Below are positions 60,176-64,000 of a DNA stretch of 64,000 bases, piece by piece (position 1 is the stretch's first letter; each line of letters begins with the position of its first letter). Below the pieces are notes generated by a model. It did not search any database. It saw only the letters and a list, made by a program, of their open reading frames with translations, and was not told where the DNA came from. This DNA comes from an uncultured Chloroflexia bacterium. Lineage in GTDB: Bacteria > Chloroflexota > Chloroflexia > QHBQ01 > JADMIH01. The position numbers and the translations under genes are program-made. The stretch covers positions 192,001 to 256,000 of the forward strand of contig CAWCNY010000006.1 in assembly GCA_963797095.1 (NCBI GenBank), in the 5' to 3' direction.

Positions 60176-60240
60176 GGACGATGGACGATTGTAGTTCCGC
60201 GTTCCGCGTTCCGAGTTCCGAGTTCCGAGTTGCTGGTTCT
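60176..60240. repeat. Heptameric tandem-repeat element
   Basis: (GGACGAT)2 then (GTTCCGC)2(GTTCCGA)3. Confidence 0.8.
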
Positions 60241-60326
60241 GACGAGCTGCTACCCACTGTCACAAATACCGGTGTAGCGGTGTTATTCTTGTAGATTGCG
60301 CGCAAACTGATTTGTTGGGAGTGAGT

Positions 60327-60941
60327 ATGACGACCGGCGGCGACCGTGATAGCGATCATGAACTATTGGCCTGCCTGCGGAAGGGTGAAAAGGGTGCCTA
60401 CGAAACCCTTTTTATGAGGCATTACGGGGCGATGTATGGCGTGTTGTACGGTCTGACGGGGAGCAGGGAGGTGGCGGAAGATGTGGCCCAGGAGACTTTC
60501 CTGGCGCTGTACAATGAGCCTCCTGCACTTGATGAGGGTCGCGCTCTGGTGGCGTGGCTGTGCAGAGTAGCGTTGAACAAGGCACACAATGCAATGCGGG
60601 GCGCGCAGCGTGCATACGCCAGGGAAGAGAGGGTGGCCCGGCTGGGCAGTGAAACATCACTGCCTGAGGAGCCTGAGGAGCATCTCTTGCGGGCAGAAGA
60701 GCATACGCGAGTGCGTGATGCGCTGGCGCAACTCTCGGAGCGTCAAGGCAAGGTGCTGCTCCTCAGGAGCGCCGGATTGACCTATGCAGAGGTTGCCGAT
60801 CTGTTGGGTGTTGCCCCAGGCTCGGTCGGTACGTTGCTTGCTCGTGCTGAGCGGGCTTTCATGGAGGCTTACAGAAAGGTAGAGGCAACGTCGCTCGCGA
60901 GGGCGCAGGAAGTACGCTTGCGCACGGAGGGGATGAAATGA
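60327..60941 (+). CDS. ECF RNA polymerase sigma factor
   Basis: AEDVAQETFL, WLCRVALN, LTYAEVADLLGVAPGSVGTLLARA. Confidence 0.92.
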   Translation: MTTGGDRDSDHELLACLRKGEKGAYETLFMRHYGAMYGVLYGLTGSREVAEDVAQETFLALYNEPPALDEGRALVAWLCRVALNKAHNAMRGAQRAYAREERVARLGSETSLPEEPEEHLLRAEEHTRVRDALAQLSERQGKVLLLRSAGLTYAEVADLLGVAPGSVGTLLARAERAFMEAYRKVEATSLARAQEVRLRTEGMK

Positions 60942-62821
60942 AGTCTCAGTGTGTGGATGAAGGTACGCTCAGGGCGTACATAGATGGAGAGCTTGCGACG
61001 GCGGAAAGCATGGAGGTTGGCGAGCATATTCAGGGGTGCGCGGTGTGCAGGCTGAGCCTGAGCGAACAACAATTGGTGATCTCGCAGGTGAGCGGTTTGC
61101 TGAAATCGTATTTGCGAGTGTCTATGCCTACAATTGAAACAGCTTTTGAGAGTGCGGTGGTTGGATCGCCAATATCTGGCTTGAGCAAAGTGAAGGCATC
61201 AAGAGAGCAGGTCAATGAAGTGGATCGTCCGGTTCGGTTATGGGAGCCGCGTCGTGGTTGGCTGGCGATGGGGATGGGGGTGGCGGCATTGGCTTGCCTG
61301 GTATTGCTGGCCTTCGTTTTGCCTGGTTTCTTGAGGGCACAGGGCGATGTATCAGCGCCTGATCTCCCGGCTGGTAGCATGATTGTGAGCGTGTCGCAGC
61401 CGAGTGATAAGGAGTTCACGCCGTTTGTACCTGCGGGCAAGGTGCGGCATATCGTGGTGGACTACATCACTGAATATACGGGAGTGGTGCAGCCTGCTTC
61501 ATCCCAAAGCGTGGAGGTGTGGCTGGCAAACGGGCAGGAGCATCTTCTGATGAGGAAGATCACGCAAACCGTCGGTGCTCCGCCTCAGTATCAGAGCGAG
61601 TTTGTAGTCAACGATGAAGCCGCCTGGTATTACAACCCTGCTGTGGTTGTAACGTATGATGGCAGCACGACTCTGTCGGACAGGCAAAATGACGATGGAG
61701 CGGTGGGTTACAGGATGGATTACTCGCCTGAGTTCTTAGCCCCTTATGTGCCCGATCCTGGCATCATCTCAGATTTGTTGGAGCAGTCCAACACCCAGGT
61801 TACGGGCAATGGTACGCTCGATGACCGACCCTATGAGCTGGTAGAGAGCCTGGGGAACGTCTGGCAGGGTGCCAGGATTGACAGGCTATCATCTCTCACT
61901 ACCTGGTCTACCATGCCAGTCCTACAGATCAGCAAGCTGTTTGCCGATCCCGATTATGTGTGGGTATCCAGAGCCGGATCGGTGCCCCCAGGTGTGCATG
62001 TCACGCCTGAGCCGTCTTTGCCGCCCATTGTGACGTTGCTGACAGGCATCGCGTCAACTCATAGCTCGAATGTGGACTACAGCCTGTGGGTTGATAGCGA
62101 GACTGGCAGGGTATTGCAGGCGCAGGCTAAGACCAGAATCTTTATGACCGGTGATGACGGAACGACTGAGACCGAGGGGTACGAGAGACAAACGATGAAG
62201 ATCAGGACCGATGAGTTGTTGGATGTAAGTCAGGTCTCCTCTGATCTGTTTGCCTTCAGCGTGCCGGAGGGGCGACAGGTGGATCGGGCTGTACCGGTGT
62301 TCGTCAGATTGGTCGCACCAGGAACTACTACTGGCGAGCAGTCTAGCTGGCAGGTGTATAGATCGCCCGATGGTGATTCTATGGCGGTGATGCCTGGTGA
62401 GGATGGCATAGATAGCCAAAGTGATGGCTGGCACCTGCATACGACTATCCTATCTGACTTGCCTATCACCTTTACCGTTGGCTATCGAGACCTCGATATA
62501 TCGCAGGTTACAGGGGATGAACACGCGATGATCGAGTCGGAGTTGGCAACAGTGGTTAGCCGGACGCGTGGCATCGTGCTTGCGTCGGGTGTGGTGATGC
62601 TGGACGGACACGCTGGCAAGGAGGTTACGATCAGGGGCGGGGATAATGCGTATACACGTATGCGTGTCTTTCTGGTTGGGAGCCGAATGTACGAGATCTA
62701 CGCAAGCGCGCCCGACAACTCGGTGCTGACTTTTGTTTCAGGCTCGTACGGCTCTTCCTATGGCAAATATGATGTGGGGGTTGGCACCTTCCTCACTTCG
62801 CTGACGCTTCTGAGCAAATAA
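60938..62821 (+). CDS. Zinc-finger anti-sigma factor with a large extracellular region
   Basis: LRAYIDGEL...HIQGCAVC (HxxxCxxC), one TM helix, ATGA overlap with the sigma gene. Confidence 0.85.
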   Translation: MKSQCVDEGTLRAYIDGELATAESMEVGEHIQGCAVCRLSLSEQQLVISQVSGLLKSYLRVSMPTIETAFESAVVGSPISGLSKVKASREQVNEVDRPVRLWEPRRGWLAMGMGVAALACLVLLAFVLPGFLRAQGDVSAPDLPAGSMIVSVSQPSDKEFTPFVPAGKVRHIVVDYITEYTGVVQPASSQSVEVWLANGQEHLLMRKITQTVGAPPQYQSEFVVNDEAAWYYNPAVVVTYDGSTTLSDRQNDDGAVGYRMDYSPEFLAPYVPDPGIISDLLEQSNTQVTGNGTLDDRPYELVESLGNVWQGARIDRLSSLTTWSTMPVLQISKLFADPDYVWVSRAGSVPPGVHVTPEPSLPPIVTLLTGIASTHSSNVDYSLWVDSETGRVLQAQAKTRIFMTGDDGTTETEGYERQTMKIRTDELLDVSQVSSDLFAFSVPEGRQVDRAVPVFVRLVAPGTTTGEQSSWQVYRSPDGDSMAVMPGEDGIDSQSDGWHLHTTILSDLPITFTVGYRDLDISQVTGDEHAMIESELATVVSRTRGIVLASGVVMLDGHAGKEVTIRGGDNAYTRMRVFLVGSRMYEIYASAPDNSVLTFVSGSYGSSYGKYDVGVGTFLTSLTLLSK

Positions 62822-62952
62822 AGCAAACCGTTATCTTGGATAATCCGCCTTCACGCGCTATTTGAGATGAGTAGCCATGGAGGCGGATTTTGTGTATGTT
62901 ACTTTTCCATCGTTTCGGGCGATTACATATATAGAGAGACGACAATCCATGC

Positions 62953-63582
62953 ATGGAATGGAGACGACCGTTGGCAGAGACATTCCGACTGCGCGCCGGC
63001 GCTGACGATCCCGAATGGGCCGATGCTGAAGCTGCCGTTGCCGATGATGCGACACTGGCGGCGCGTGGGGATGTGGAGGCTTTCATAAGGCTATACAGGG
63101 CACATCTTATGCCTGTATATCGCTACCTGTATGTCAGATTAGGCGATGCTGGGGACGCCGAGGACGTTACGCAGCAGGTGTTCGAGCGTGTTTGGTCGAG
63201 CCTCGGCAGTTTCAAGCCTGTACCGGGAGGCTCGTTCAAAGGGTGGCTTGTTACTATCGCTCGCAGGGCGCTGATTGACCATACGCGGGAGCGCAAGCTT
63301 AACCGGGAGTATGTGGCGCTGGATACCCTTGCTGACCAATTGGTGGACCCGGCATTGGAACCGGAGGCGGCAGCGATGCTGGCCGAGCAGGTGCAGTTGG
63401 TGATGAAGGTGATAGACGATCTGCCGGAGGAGGGCCGCGAGGTGATCACTCTTCGGTTTATGGCGGAACTCAGTTACGGCGAGATCGCGCGGATCATGGG
63501 CAAGAAAGAACCGGCTGTGAAGATGGCAGCCTATCGCGCACTGGACATCATACGGCGCAAATGGAGGAATGGCGATGTCTGA
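62953..63582 (+). CDS. ECF RNA polymerase sigma factor
   Basis: AEDVTQQVF, SFKGWLVTIAR, LSYGEIARIMGKKEPAVK. Confidence 0.92.
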   Translation: MEWRRPLAETFRLRAGADDPEWADAEAAVADDATLAARGDVEAFIRLYRAHLMPVYRYLYVRLGDAGDAEDVTQQVFERVWSSLGSFKPVPGGSFKGWLVTIARRALIDHTRERKLNREYVALDTLADQLVDPALEPEAAAMLAEQVQLVMKVIDDLPEEGREVITLRFMAELSYGEIARIMGKKEPAVKMAAYRALDIIRRKWRNGDV

Positions 63583-64000
63583 GTTGATATTTGATGAGCA
63601 GAGCGAGCAGGAACTGACCGCTCTGGAGCAGGGCGAAGTTGGGGATTTCCTGAGGTCGGCGAGGGTCGCGTTCGAGCCCGATACGGCGTTATCGGAGCGC
63701 CTGGAGGGTCGGTTGAGAAGTATAGTCGTTGATGGAAGTGTTGACACGCCTGCTGGCAAGCCTTTAGTCGGAGCGGAAGTTGCAGCTCCAAGGACGGCCA
63801 GTGCCGCGCCTGATCGGTCTATGGCTCGACCCCCCCGCCTGCTTGGGCGCGGGCTGCGGTGGGTCTCGGTGGGCCTGGGATTGGCGGCGATGCTGGTGCT
63901 GGCATTCTGGCTTTCGGGCCAGTTTAGCTCCAGAACCAGTCGGGGGATCATCAGTGACCCGAGCGGTGGAGGGTCTGCGAGTACGAGGACCCTGCCAGGC
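63575..64000 (+). CDS. Probable transmembrane anti-sigma factor (partial)
   Basis: ATG overlaps the sigma stop with GGAGG upstream. MSELIFDEQ... with a TM segment WVSVGLGLAAMLVLAFWL. Open to the window end. Confidence 0.7.
   Translation, partial: MSELIFDEQSEQELTALEQGEVGDFLRSARVAFEPDTALSERLEGRLRSIVVDGSVDTPAGKPLVGAEVAAPRTASAAPDRSMARPPRLLGRGLRWVSVGLGLAAMLVLAFWLSGQFSSRTSRGIISDPSGGGSASTRTLPG

Overview
Bacterial chromosomal window, most likely Chloroflexota (inferred from FPETG-type surface repeats, Chloroflexi-style SLH domains and heptameric intergenic repeats). Bases 1-15.4 kb are an IS-rich accessory island (IS701, ISL3, IS6, an integrase-core IS, intact IS1182). It sits between the separated N- and C-terminal halves of an ABC/AAA ATPase gene coupled to a PIN-like gene, and carries a STAND/TPR regulator with a secreted protein plus a LacI/histidine-kinase pair sharing a perfect bidirectional promoter. 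Bases 15.5-34.3 kb are core-like: fused 2-oxoacid dehydrogenase E1 with a structured leader, tandem DUF5995, Rieske ferredoxin, FAD oxidoreductase, PPOX-like protein, dps, hslVU, CarH-like B12 regulator, ndh with a Rex box, ABC exporter and a DUF6909-like protein. Bases 34.6-39.2 kb hold a nested IS701-like/ISAzo13 insertion and gene remnants. Bases 39.5-64 kb encode GT2, ROK kinase, site-2 protease, HD protein, scpA, SAM hydrolase-like protein, LysM-M23, class II UvrA with an Imm5-like gene, serS, HNH, a glucosidase/glycosyltransferase cluster and two ECF sigma/anti-sigma pairs. No rRNA, tRNA or CRISPR array was seen. All family calls come from motif recognition, not database searches.
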